Source: an uncultured bacterium (GTDB lineage Bacteria > Patescibacteriota > Patescibacteriia > Magasanikbacterales > UBA922). From it: a stretch of 64,000 nucleotides of DNA. Where the stretch lies: the NCBI GenBank assembly GCA_937861125.1, contig CALMAY010000037.1, positions 4,941 through 68,940 on the forward strand. The letters run 5' to 3'. This document shows, piece after piece, positions 1-8,280 of the stretch. Every line of letters starts with the position of its first letter. Within the stretch, counting starts at the first letter, position 1. Below the pieces are notes generated by a model. It did not search any database. It saw only the letters and a list, made by a program, of their open reading frames with translations, and was not told the DNA's origin. The translations under genes were made by a program, and so were the position numbers.

Positions 1-253
1 TATGCTCAACATCGTCATGTTTTCTATGTAGGTGCTGTTCGCGCAAAAAATGAATAAAAGCATCTTTATGTCCACGTATCAAATCAATCAATTCTTGTGC
101 ACATTCTGTTGTCCTATCTCCTTCAACAGTAGATATACGTGATAGTTCTTGTAACAATGTAATAATACGACCGCGATCTAAATCATCCGGATGTAAATGC
201 TCCGCATACAATTCTATTTGAGATCTCATTTCTAGCGGTGTTTTTCTTTCCAT
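1..253 (-). CDS. hypothetical protein, 5' part only (runs off the left edge)
   Basis: The reverse complement of 251-253 is ATG. The open frame reads MERKTPLEMRSQIELYAEHLHPDDLDRGRIITLLQELSRISTVEGDRTTECAQELIDLIRGHKDAFIHFLREQHLHRKHDDVEH... to the window edge. I recognised no family. Confidence 0.35.
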   Translation of the reverse strand, partial: MERKTPLEMRSQIELYAEHLHPDDLDRGRIITLLQELSRISTVEGDRTTECAQELIDLIRGHKDAFIHFLREQHLHRKHDDVEH

Positions 254-270
254 AGACATACAACGTAATA

Positions 271-1575
271 TTATACTAACCACGTCCACACTCCCCACAG
301 TACCATACCGCCATAGAACAATGAACACAACCAAACAAGAGGAGTAACATATCGTGGACGTGTATATTCTGGTAACTGCTTGTTGAGACGCAGCAAAAGT
401 GGAGGGTATATCGCCATCACAGCCGCCGAGATGACTGCAGAAATATGCAAAAGCGATGCAGGCTGATTGAAGCCAGGAATAATTGCTGCGCACAATAATA
501 TCAATACACCGATACTCCCCACTCGCATTGATAGCTGTTCATGTGAAAGTGATGTAGACATACACCGTTTCAACAAACGCCCACATGCATCCAAAATAGT
601 CATCTGCGCCATCAAAAAAACAAAGAACACACCTAAACTAAACGCGGTGCCCAGATATGGCATAATCATATTAAGTGCATCCACTTCATAGGCAATCACA
701 CCAAACCCTTTGACTGATGCACCCGAGAGGAGTAGTACTGCCAATACAGCCAAAAAACCGATACCAACTACATTTCCGATAATAAAAAGGAGAGAATGCT
801 CAAGACGAACCAAACGCCACCACGACTGCCAGTTCGCACGAGTGTCGGCATGACTCCAATCTATATGTTCTGGTGTATCGTGCATGGATGCACCATATTG
901 CCTACTCATGATCCAATCACTTTGTACGAGATTAAGCACTCCTGCTACACCACCATAGGCAAGCGCAGCAATAAAGGCGACACTGTCACTGGATGCAGGA
1001 AACCACGATCCATTCTGTATTGACTCTATCACTGCATTGAGAGAAAAAATATGTATCACAGCATAAAACACGACACCGAGTACCAAAAACAATCCTACTT
1101 TTGCAATTCCCTCAATCCGTGCGTAACTCTGTTTGCTTTTCCACAAAAATAACAGTGCTACGAGTAATGCGGCACTCACCCATGCTCCATACTCCCCTAC
1201 ACCAAGCCCATATGCAAGCGCGTTCCCCGCAGTAGAAATCCAGGCTGGCCAAACCAGAGAGATCGCAATCACAGCAGGAAAAAAATATCGCACCCACGGT
1301 GCCAAACCAATCAAACCAGAGACGGTGTTTTTTCCTGTCACAATAGTGTAGCGTTCGATCTCGATGTTTACTACATACTGCAGCACCAACACCAGTGGCA
1401 CAAACCACATAATTGTCAGACCATACCGTGATACGAGGTCAGGCCATAATAATAATTCACCACCTGAGAGCGAAAGAGCAACAAATAAAAATGATGGGCC
1501 GAGCATCTGCAGAAGTGATTGGGTTGGTTTGGTGAGGATCATATAGAAAAACGGTTGACTATTAACCATTGACAA
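271..1575 (-). CDS. polytopic membrane transporter, NRAMP/MntH-like (APC fold)
   Basis: 434-aa ORF with about 11 hydrophobic segments. The N-terminal pattern LGPSFLFVALSLSGGELLLWP...YG...W...LQYVVNIEIERYTIVTGK resembles the NRAMP-related family (COG1914). The exact start is uncertain. Confidence 0.5.
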   Translation of the reverse strand: MSMVNSQPFFYMILTKPTQSLLQMLGPSFLFVALSLSGGELLLWPDLVSRYGLTIMWFVPLVLVLQYVVNIEIERYTIVTGKNTVSGLIGLAPWVRYFFPAVIAISLVWPAWISTAGNALAYGLGVGEYGAWVSAALLVALLFLWKSKQSYARIEGIAKVGLFLVLGVVFYAVIHIFSLNAVIESIQNGSWFPASSDSVAFIAALAYGGVAGVLNLVQSDWIMSRQYGASMHDTPEHIDWSHADTRANWQSWWRLVRLEHSLLFIIGNVVGIGFLAVLAVLLLSGASVKGFGVIAYEVDALNMIMPYLGTAFSLGVFFVFLMAQMTILDACGRLLKRCMSTSLSHEQLSMRVGSIGVLILLCAAIIPGFNQPASLLHISAVISAAVMAIYPPLLLRLNKQLPEYTRPRYVTPLVWLCSLFYGGMVLWGVWTWLV

Positions 1576-1618
1576 TTGACTTGTATTTTTATGTTATTTG
1601 TAAATAGTTAATTGTTGC

Positions 1619-2266
1619 TTAAAACGGAACATTAATTGTAAGATCTACATCCTTATCTCCCGTCGCGGTTTTGAAATGCAACTCAGTTGCACACAAGGCA
1701 ATTCCTTTTCCGTCTGCATATTTTGATCGTGCACCATATTTTTTGTCCCCAAAAACTTTGTGTCCAATCGCAGCAAACTGTGCACGAATCTGATGTGGAC
1801 GACCAGTTTTGAGATCAATTTTTACCAACGCATCCCCTTTACGATCGTTGACCACCTCGTATGATAGTTCTGCCTCTTGAGTATCAGGACGTTCTTCGTC
1901 ATATGCTGATACCATATTTTTTTTATGATCTTTGCGAAGGTAGTGCACCAGTGTTCCCTTCTTTTCTTTTGGCATTCCTTCTAGTAATGCATAGTACACT
2001 TTCTTGATCGTCCGTCCACGAAACTGAGCTGTCAGACGTGATGCACCCTTACTTGTTTTGGCAAACAAAACAATACCCGATGCAGGACGATCAATACGAT
2101 GAAGTAGCCCCAAAAAGACATTCCCAGGTTTTTGATATGTTTTCTTCAAGTAATCTTTGACCTGATCCATGAGACACTCATCTCCTGTTTCATCTCCCTG
2201 AACCAAAAGACCAACAGGTTTGTTTACTGCAATGAGATGGTTGTCTTCGTAGAGTATATCAATCAT
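1619..2266 (-). CDS. RluA-family pseudouridine synthase
   Basis: Carries the catalytic motif LLHRIDRPASGIVLFAKT (HRLDxxTSG type), then GRPHQIR later. 215 aa. Overlaps the upstream gene by 4 nt. Confidence 0.9.
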   Translation of the reverse strand: MIDILYEDNHLIAVNKPVGLLVQGDETGDECLMDQVKDYLKKTYQKPGNVFLGLLHRIDRPASGIVLFAKTSKGASRLTAQFRGRTIKKVYYALLEGMPKEKKGTLVHYLRKDHKKNMVSAYDEERPDTQEAELSYEVVNDRKGDALVKIDLKTGRPHQIRAQFAAIGHKVFGDKKYGARSKYADGKGIALCATELHFKTATGDKDVDLTINVPF

Positions 2267-2589
2267 AGTAAATCCATTCTAAATTCAAATCCCCATTTAA
2301 TAAAACCTAGTTTTTCATAGAGTGCATGTACCTGTGGACGTTCCATTCGGCTTGTCGCCAACAGTTTATAACAACCAACCTCTTTTGCTTTGGTGATCAC
2401 AGCATTGGTAAGCTCCGTCCCGATCCCCTCTCCTCGACATGATTCATCCACAAAGACGTCTTCCATAAACCCATAAGGTGCTTCACGCAAATCGTTTCGA
2501 ATCAGATACAGATAAGCACGGCCCACTTCACTACCCTCTCGCTCCACAGAGAAACGAAAACAGCTCGATTGTCGTTCTTCTATATTCAT
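2263..2589 (-). CDS. GNAT-family N-acetyltransferase
   Basis: 108 aa with an acetyl-CoA binding motif (RGEGIGTELTNAVITKAKEVGCYKL...LYEKLGF). Has 4-nt overlaps on both sides, consistent with an operon with the yvcK-like gene and rluA. Confidence 0.85.
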   Translation of the reverse strand: MNIEERQSSCFRFSVEREGSEVGRAYLYLIRNDLREAPYGFMEDVFVDESCRGEGIGTELTNAVITKAKEVGCYKLLATSRMERPQVHALYEKLGFIKWGFEFRMDLL

Positions 2590-3545
2590 ACCAAATCTTT
2601 GATATATATATGGATAATTTCTCCAAGTTTATCTGGATCAAGTCCGCCTTCTTCTTTCTCATAATTCTCCGCAATACAGGGACGCATCACTTGATACACA
2701 TCATCCAAGAACGGTATCCAGCCCTTTTTATCATAAAAAGATCGCTGACTTTCAGTGAGAATAGAACGGTTATATAGTACCACATCCAAAGGTCGCGGCA
2801 AATAGGCTTCCAACGCAGAAACGAACCCAGAAAGTGACGTTGGTCCCAACTCACCTGCTCGCTCCACCGCATTACCCGATACAAAAATGAGTTTGGCATG
2901 TGACTGAGCAATTGCTTCTTTGACACCTAACGGCAGTAGTGTGGCAATAATACTGGCATAAAAGCTTCCTGGACCGATAAGTAATACATCTGCTTCTCGT
3001 ATCTCTTTGAGTGCGCGGTCATACCCTTGTGGATTTGGCTGTAGCGAACAACTCACAATGCGATTTTCTTTTGGTCCGGTTGGGCGGTCAATCTCATGTT
3101 CACCCACCACCTGTGTCCCGTCCTGTAACTCCGCCACTAGATCAGCGCTCTCAAGCGTGACAGGAAACACTGGACCAACGACATCAAGTGCCTGCGCCAA
3201 CGCACGTACAGCATCCACAATTCCGCCATTGTATTTTTCTACCAAACCAATAAACAGATGTCCAACACCAAACCCCTGTAATTTTCCTTTCTCACTATAG
3301 CGAGTATCATAAAAAATTCGCTTGAGCAGATCATAGTCATATCGACTCATCGCCAGCACTGCGCGCAAAATATCTCCAGGTGGTAATACCCCAAGCTCTC
3401 GACGAAGCTGACCAGATGAACTCCCTGAATCACTCATCGCAATCACTGCAGAGATATCATACTGATCGATATATTGTTTCATCGCACGGATAGAGATCGA
3501 ACCACCATTACCGCCGCCGAGGATGACGACTTTTTTCTTTTGCAT
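2586..3545 (-). CDS. YvcK/CofD-family (UPF0052) gluconeogenesis-factor-like protein
   Basis: N-terminus VVILGGGNGGSISIRAM...AVIAMSDSGSSSGQLRRELGVLPPGDILRAV matches the YvcK signature. 319 aa. Confidence 0.85.
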   Translation of the reverse strand: MQKKKVVILGGGNGGSISIRAMKQYIDQYDISAVIAMSDSGSSSGQLRRELGVLPPGDILRAVLAMSRYDYDLLKRIFYDTRYSEKGKLQGFGVGHLFIGLVEKYNGGIVDAVRALAQALDVVGPVFPVTLESADLVAELQDGTQVVGEHEIDRPTGPKENRIVSCSLQPNPQGYDRALKEIREADVLLIGPGSFYASIIATLLPLGVKEAIAQSHAKLIFVSGNAVERAGELGPTSLSGFVSALEAYLPRPLDVVLYNRSILTESQRSFYDKKGWIPFLDDVYQVMRPCIAENYEKEEGGLDPDKLGEIIHIYIKDLV

Positions 3546-3563
3546 ATATTCATGTATGTTATT

Positions 3564-3690
3564 TTGTCATTCCGACCGAAACGAAGTGAAGTGGAGGAAT
3601 CTCTTTCTTACATCTGACCTAGCCAGAACGAAGTGAAAGATAGCACAGAAACTTACGAAAGGGATCCCTCGGCTTCGCTCGGGATGACAA
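3564..3690. repeat. MITE-like palindromic intergenic element, copy 1 (GTCATYCCGAGC...GGRATC family)
   Basis: Termini are TTGTCATTCCGACCGAAACGAAGTGAAGTGGAGGAATC and GGGATCCCTCGGCTTCGCTCGGGATGACAA. It aligns end to end with the reverse complement of 60608-60731. Confidence 0.85.
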
Positions 3691-3697
3691 TGACGGA

Positions 3698-5545
3698 TTA
3701 TTCAACGGTCACAGACTTAGCAAGATTTCTTGGTCGATCCACATCCCGTCCGAGCAACGTCGCAGTATGATACGCAAAGAGTTGCGTCACAACAGTATTG
3801 AGCAATGGCTCAAGCAACTCCATTGTCTCTGGTACAAAGATCACATCATCCGCCAACTGTTTGATCTCCTCGTCCCCCTCTGTCGCGAGCAAGATTAATT
3901 TTGCACCACGTGCCTTTACTTCTTCGACATTACTCTTCATCTTTTCGTACAATTGATTTTTGGTCACAATCGCAAAGACAGGAAACTCAGGGGAGAGCAA
4001 CGCAATCGGTCCGTGTTTCATCTCACCACCCGGATAGCCTTCAGCATGAATGTAGCTAATTTCTTTTAATTTCAAGGAACCCTCGAGCGCTACAGGATAG
4101 TTGATCCCGCGACCAAGGAAATACATATCGTGTGCATCTTTGTATTTATTTGCAATTTGTTTGATCGCATCACTCTGTGCGAGAATCAATTTCATCTTTT
4201 CTGGAATTTCTTGAAGCGCAGTAAGGAGACGCACACCGGTTGCATGGTTGAGTCGTTTGAGACGCCCAAACTGAATTGCATAGAGCAGCAATACCGTTGC
4301 CATATTGGTATATGCTTTGGTTGATGCAACAGCCAATTCTGGACCAGCATGGATGTACGTACCACCATCAGTTTCACGCGCAATGGTAGAACCAACCACA
4401 TTGACAATACCACGCACATACGCGCCTTTACGTTTTGCCTCACGCACTGCTGCGAGTGTATCCGCTGTTTCACCAGATTGCGATATCGCAAAGACCAATG
4501 TCTTGTTGTCAATAATCGGATCACGATAGCGAAACTCACTTGCCACATCCACCTCTGTTGGGATTCCCGCGAGACGCTCAAATGCATATTTTCCTACCAT
4601 TCCCGCATAACTCGCAGTTCCGCACGCAATCAGGACAATACGCTCAATGCTGTGCATCTGTGCCTCAGTCATATTGAGTCCACCGAGATAACTCGTCCCA
4701 TCAGTCATATTGATACGTCCACGAAATGCATCGGCTATTACTGTTGGTTGATCATGTATTTCTTTGAGCATGAAATGTGGAAACCCAGCTTTTTCTGCTG
4801 TTGCTTCATCCCATTCAATTGTCTCTACTGCTTTGAGCACTTGTTGATCTTTGAGATTAAAGGTTGTCAATTTCTCTGCAGTAATTTCTGCCACCTCACC
4901 ATCATCAAGATACACCACATCTTTGGTGTAGGACAAAATTGGTGTTGGGTCACTCGCGATATAATGTTCGCCCTCACCAATTCCAATCACAAGCGGACTC
5001 CCCATACGTGCAGCGATAAGCTGATCTGGAAAATCTGCGTGCATCACTACAATACCGTATGTTCCTCGCACCTCTGCAAGTGCTCGTATCACGGCATTGC
5101 GTAGACCATTTGCAGTGTGCTCTTGCCCTACATACTGAAGTGCAATCAAATGTGCCAACACTTCTGTATCAGTCTCAGAGGTAAACACAGTTCCAAGTGC
5201 AACTAAATCTTGTTTTAATTCTCGATAATTTTCAATAATACCATTGTGCACCAATACCAGCTTTCCGTCGCCTGCCACATGTGGATGTGCGTTTTCCTCT
5301 GTGACCCCACCGTGTGTCGCCCAGCGTGTATGCGCAATACCAACATGACCATCAGGTTGCACTGCTTTTACTTTTTCTGCTAGATTATCCACCTTGCCAA
5401 TCGCACGAACACGTACAATTTCTTGATTCCTAGAAAGAACAGCGATACCCGCAGAATCATATCCACGATACTCAAGCTTGCGCAATCCTTTGATCAAAAT
5501 AGGTGACGTATCCTGATGTCCGATGTATCCAATAATGCCACACAT
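3698..5545 (-). CDS. glmS: glutamine--fructose-6-phosphate aminotransferase
   Basis: Starts MCGIIGYIG (Cys2 amidotransferase nucleophile), has two SIS domains, and ends ...LAKSVTVE. 615 aa. Confidence 0.97.
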   Translation of the reverse strand: MCGIIGYIGHQDTSPILIKGLRKLEYRGYDSAGIAVLSRNQEIVRVRAIGKVDNLAEKVKAVQPDGHVGIAHTRWATHGGVTEENAHPHVAGDGKLVLVHNGIIENYRELKQDLVALGTVFTSETDTEVLAHLIALQYVGQEHTANGLRNAVIRALAEVRGTYGIVVMHADFPDQLIAARMGSPLVIGIGEGEHYIASDPTPILSYTKDVVYLDDGEVAEITAEKLTTFNLKDQQVLKAVETIEWDEATAEKAGFPHFMLKEIHDQPTVIADAFRGRINMTDGTSYLGGLNMTEAQMHSIERIVLIACGTASYAGMVGKYAFERLAGIPTEVDVASEFRYRDPIIDNKTLVFAISQSGETADTLAAVREAKRKGAYVRGIVNVVGSTIARETDGGTYIHAGPELAVASTKAYTNMATVLLLYAIQFGRLKRLNHATGVRLLTALQEIPEKMKLILAQSDAIKQIANKYKDAHDMYFLGRGINYPVALEGSLKLKEISYIHAEGYPGGEMKHGPIALLSPEFPVFAIVTKNQLYEKMKSNVEEVKARGAKLILLATEGDEEIKQLADDVIFVPETMELLEPLLNTVVTQLFAYHTATLLGRDVDRPRNLAKSVTVE

Positions 5546-5571
5546 AGAATTTCAGAATTAAAAAATAAAGA

Positions 5572-6336
5572 TTATACCAATGTCGCAGCACTATCCAACT
5601 CTTCTTTTGTATTGATCCCCATCGCCTCACGTGGCGCGACTGGAACAGAAGAAATTAATTGATGATCCGCAATTGCCATTTCAATCAAATCAGTCAAATA
5701 ATATTCACCTTGTGCATTTGTATTTTGAATCTCGTTTAAGTGGTGCCACAGCCACTCTGCTTTGAAACAAAAGATTGATGGATTTACTTCCAAAATCTGC
5801 AACTCTCCATCACTTGCATCTTTTGCTTCGACAATTTTTTGGATATATCCACCATCCAATCTTACAATACGTCCAAACTTTGCAAAACAAGCGTATTCGT
5901 TTTCAAAATTTGGCACTGTCGTAGTCATCAACGTCACAGTGTTGCCACGCTCAATATGTTTGGCAATCAACTGTTCAATAGACGAGGGAGACACAAATGG
6001 CATATCACCATAGAGCACCACCACATGATCAGCGACACCATGCAATAACCCCTGCGCCTGCATCACCGCATGCCCAGTACCGAGCTGTTGCTCCTGAACA
6101 ACATATTGCGCCCGATCTCCCAGATGATCTTGGACCATCGTATGTTTTGGAGAGACTATAATTACTGGTTTTTGCAAATCAGAAACTGCTTCTGCGGCAG
6201 CAACTGCATGCTCCACTAATGGTTTTCCATGCAAAAGATGCATCACCTTTGGTAGATCGCTTTGCATACGCTTTCCATCGCCGGCTGCGAGAATGACTGG
6301 ATTAATGTGTAATGACATATGCATATATTTCATCAA
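5572..6336 (-). CDS. sugar-1-phosphate nucleotidyltransferase, GlmU N-terminal (uridylyltransferase) domain only
   Basis: ILAAGDGKRMQSDLPKVMHLLHGKPLVEH and QEQQLGTGHAV are GlmU-type motifs. At about 250 aa there is no left-handed beta-helix acetyltransferase domain. The true start is probably an internal Met (about 6318). Confidence 0.8.
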   Translation of the reverse strand: MMKYMHMSLHINPVILAAGDGKRMQSDLPKVMHLLHGKPLVEHAVAAAEAVSDLQKPVIIVSPKHTMVQDHLGDRAQYVVQEQQLGTGHAVMQAQGLLHGVADHVVVLYGDMPFVSPSSIEQLIAKHIERGNTVTLMTTTVPNFENEYACFAKFGRIVRLDGGYIQKIVEAKDASDGELQILEVNPSIFCFKAEWLWHHLNEIQNTNAQGEYYLTDLIEMAIADHQLISSVPVAPREAMGINTKEELDSAATLV

Positions 6337-6940
6337 ATGTAGAATAAATTGGAATATGTAACTCTTCTAATACGTGTGCGTAATTTTTTGTTGGATTTAA
6401 TTTTGTAATTACTTCTACATCTGGATTCATCTTTTTTACCAACACATTTTCACGTCCATTATCATTGATAAAAAATGTTTTTTCTTTTTCCATTCTTTCT
6501 CGCACGTAGACATCTTTACCCCCAGGAATATACACTTCTTGATGTACATGCACATTCACACCACTTCCCTGAACTTTAGATCTTTGAAAATTTGCATTTC
6601 CCGCTGTGAGCAATATTACTTTATGACCACATTCTTTTAGCGAAGCAATAAACTCAATAGCACCTGCAAAAACGTATTTATTCGTAAAGAGTCCGTTTAA
6701 TTCTTTTAAAACTATTTTCTGATCCACATCTTGACCTAGAGATCGCACAGCGGCAATATGCCGCTCAAATGTATAATCAAAATGTAACAATACATCTGTT
6801 GCCACCGCTCTTTCTTTTGCTTCATACGCGATATCAAGCGGTACACCATGTGTATGAAAAATATCACAAATATCTTTTACAAAATTTTCTGTATTGTACA
6901 GCGTCATGTCAAAATCAATGTAGATCATAACGTTTCCCAA
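6302..6940 (-). CDS. HAD-superfamily hydrolase/phosphomutase-like protein
   Basis: HAD motif I is IYIDFDMTLY (DxDxT), motif II is ILLTAGN, and motif IV is FFINDNGRE. The start may be 6928, which would remove the overlap with the upstream gene. Confidence 0.75.
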   Translation of the reverse strand: MGNVMIYIDFDMTLYNTENFVKDICDIFHTHGVPLDIAYEAKERAVATDVLLHFDYTFERHIAAVRSLGQDVDQKIVLKELNGLFTNKYVFAGAIEFIASLKECGHKVILLTAGNANFQRSKVQGSGVNVHVHQEVYIPGGKDVYVRERMEKEKTFFINDNGRENVLVKKMNPDVEVITKLNPTKNYAHVLEELHIPIYSTFDEIYAYVITH

Positions 6941-7659
6941 AGTGTATCAAAAATACCTTTTTGCGTTTCACTAATACCAATATTTTCAATCATCACACCG
7001 ACCGCTTCTTGTTTTGCATTGAGTGAAATATAGGCGGTCTTACCAGGATAAATAATGATATAGGTCGGTGTAGTGGATGACGCTTTCATGTATTTTCGCT
7101 CATCGAGCCCACGCAACTCCCCACCTTCACCAATCGCAATCGCTCGTACTGCGATCCCCTTACCAATACGCGCATCACTAAAGGTCGGAAAATCTTTGTA
7201 TAATTGTTCACGCAGTCCATCAACAGAATAGACCCGATACATTAATTCTCCACTCACCTCACACGTATCCAGCACATCTGTTAAAATCCGCATAATCGTA
7301 TCAGGAGTAAAGTATCGCGCCACTGGCCGATTACCCCCAGCATTGTACACTGCCAACAACTCACTCATCGAGCGATCAATCTCTTTTTGAGCACTCATTA
7401 GCCCCTCTTGTTCTTTTTCGATCAATTGTTTCAGTTTTTCCGGATGTTCGACGACAAAATGCTGTTTACTGGCCTTTTTATAAAAAGAAACCAGCTCCCG
7501 ATCCTGCAGCCACTTGAGGGCGTCATACGTACTCCCGCGGTTGAGATCACAAAATTCCGCGAGAACGCGCACAGAACTAGGACCGAGCTGAAGCAAAGCC
7601 AGATAGACATCCGCAGATTTGTCAGGAAAACCTATTTTTTTGAGTAGTGAAATATCCAT
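6925..7659 (-). CDS. TrmB-family transcriptional regulator
   Basis: N-terminal winged HTH: LKKIGFPDKSADVYLALLQLGPSSVRVLAEFCDLNRGSTYDALKWLQDRELV. 244 aa. Confidence 0.8.
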   Translation of the reverse strand: MDISLLKKIGFPDKSADVYLALLQLGPSSVRVLAEFCDLNRGSTYDALKWLQDRELVSFYKKASKQHFVVEHPEKLKQLIEKEQEGLMSAQKEIDRSMSELLAVYNAGGNRPVARYFTPDTIMRILTDVLDTCEVSGELMYRVYSVDGLREQLYKDFPTFSDARIGKGIAVRAIAIGEGGELRGLDERKYMKASSTTPTYIIIYPGKTAYISLNAKQEAVGVMIENIGISETQKGIFDTLWETL

Positions 7660-7667
7660 ATATACGT

Positions 7668-7696
7668 AGTGTACCTGTGGATAAAAAAACTGTCAA
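7668..7696 (-). promoter_or_regulatory. sigma70-type promoter of the trmB-like/HAD/glmU/glmS operon (near-leaderless)
   Basis: The minus strand reads TTGACA-N17-TACACT. The -10 box ends 9 nt before the ATG at 7659. The -35 box lies in the left arm of a perfect 10-bp hairpin (AAAAACTGTC/GACAGTTTTT, 7685-7715). Confidence 0.55.
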
Positions 7697-7800
7697 CTTT
7701 TGGTCGACAGTTTTTGACAACAGTACAGGTAAACACCTCTCGCCCACCACAGTGGGAGAGGGTAGGGTGAGAATTACACAGATTTATACACTTTTGAGCA

Positions 7801-7831
7801 TTGACATCTCTCTCTCTCTCTTTGCTATACT
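7801..7831 (+). promoter_or_regulatory. promoter upstream of the RNase P RNA, with a (TC)7 tract in the spacer
   Basis: TTGACA (7801-7806), a 19-nt spacer made of (TC)7TTTGC, then TATACT (7826-7831). The block AGCATTGACA-(CT)n-TTTG recurs at 16078-16106. Confidence 0.55.
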
Positions 7832-7837
7832 AAGCCG

Positions 7838-8240
7838 TTCCTCAATCACCCAGCAATCCAGCTGGAGAGGGGCGTAAGGCCACAATGGCTAGTAGATGGG
7901 AAAAAAAATGGATGACAAGTCCGAAGACTAGGACCTGTATGTGGTCCAAATACCAAAATGCGGACGATGACCGACGTCCCAGTTGTCCGAGACCACAAAT
8001 TCCCGCGGGGACCGAGTATGTAGAAATGCGAAGGTCTCCAACAAATGTCAGGTTCTTCTGCAGCGACGAGTGCTGTGCTGAGTACACGAAAGTGGCTCTA
8101 AAGCGACACGCGTATCGAATGCTCCCAGGCGAGGAGTAACCCTTTGGCAGAAGGGTAAGGAGGGATTTCTCTGCACCTGCCTTACGCAGAGAAGTCCGAC
8201 TAAAGAGAGAAATAGTTTTTATCTTTTTAATTGGAACAAA
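7838..8240 (+). ncRNA. rnpB: probable RNase P RNA (bacterial type); ends uncertain
   Basis: Has a CR-I-like GAUGACAAGUCCGAAG (7910-7925), a CR-IV-like ACAAAUUCCCGCGGGGACCGAG, and a CR-V-like GCAGAGAAGUCCGACUAAA (8186-8204). A 9-bp long-range P2 pairing links GCGUAAGGC (7872-7880) to GCCUUACGC (8179-8187) in the expected order: P2-5', P3, P4-5' ... P2-3', J2/4, P4-3'. It sits between a promoter and a terminator. The ORFs called here (7842..8246 minus, 7885..8139 plus) are taken to be spurious. Confidence 0.6.
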
Positions 8241-8242
8241 AA

Positions 8243-8264
8243 ACACCTAAACAGGTGTTTTTTG
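8243..8264. terminator. bidirectional intrinsic terminator (rnpB on the plus strand, fba on the minus strand)
   Basis: ACACCT-AAAC-AGGTGT hairpin flanked by an A-run on the left and a T-run on the right. Confidence 0.7.
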
Positions 8265-8280
8265 TTTTACCTCACCATGT

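Noticed and set aside
7842-8246. ORFs 7842..8246 (minus) and 7885..8139 (plus) as protein genes; also the idea that this locus is tmRNA
   Set aside because: The region carries RNase P-like conserved strings and a long-range P2 pairing between a promoter and a terminator. For tmRNA I could find no tRNA-like 3' end (GGUUCGAnUCC...CCA-type) and no tag reading frame ending in ALAA-like codons.
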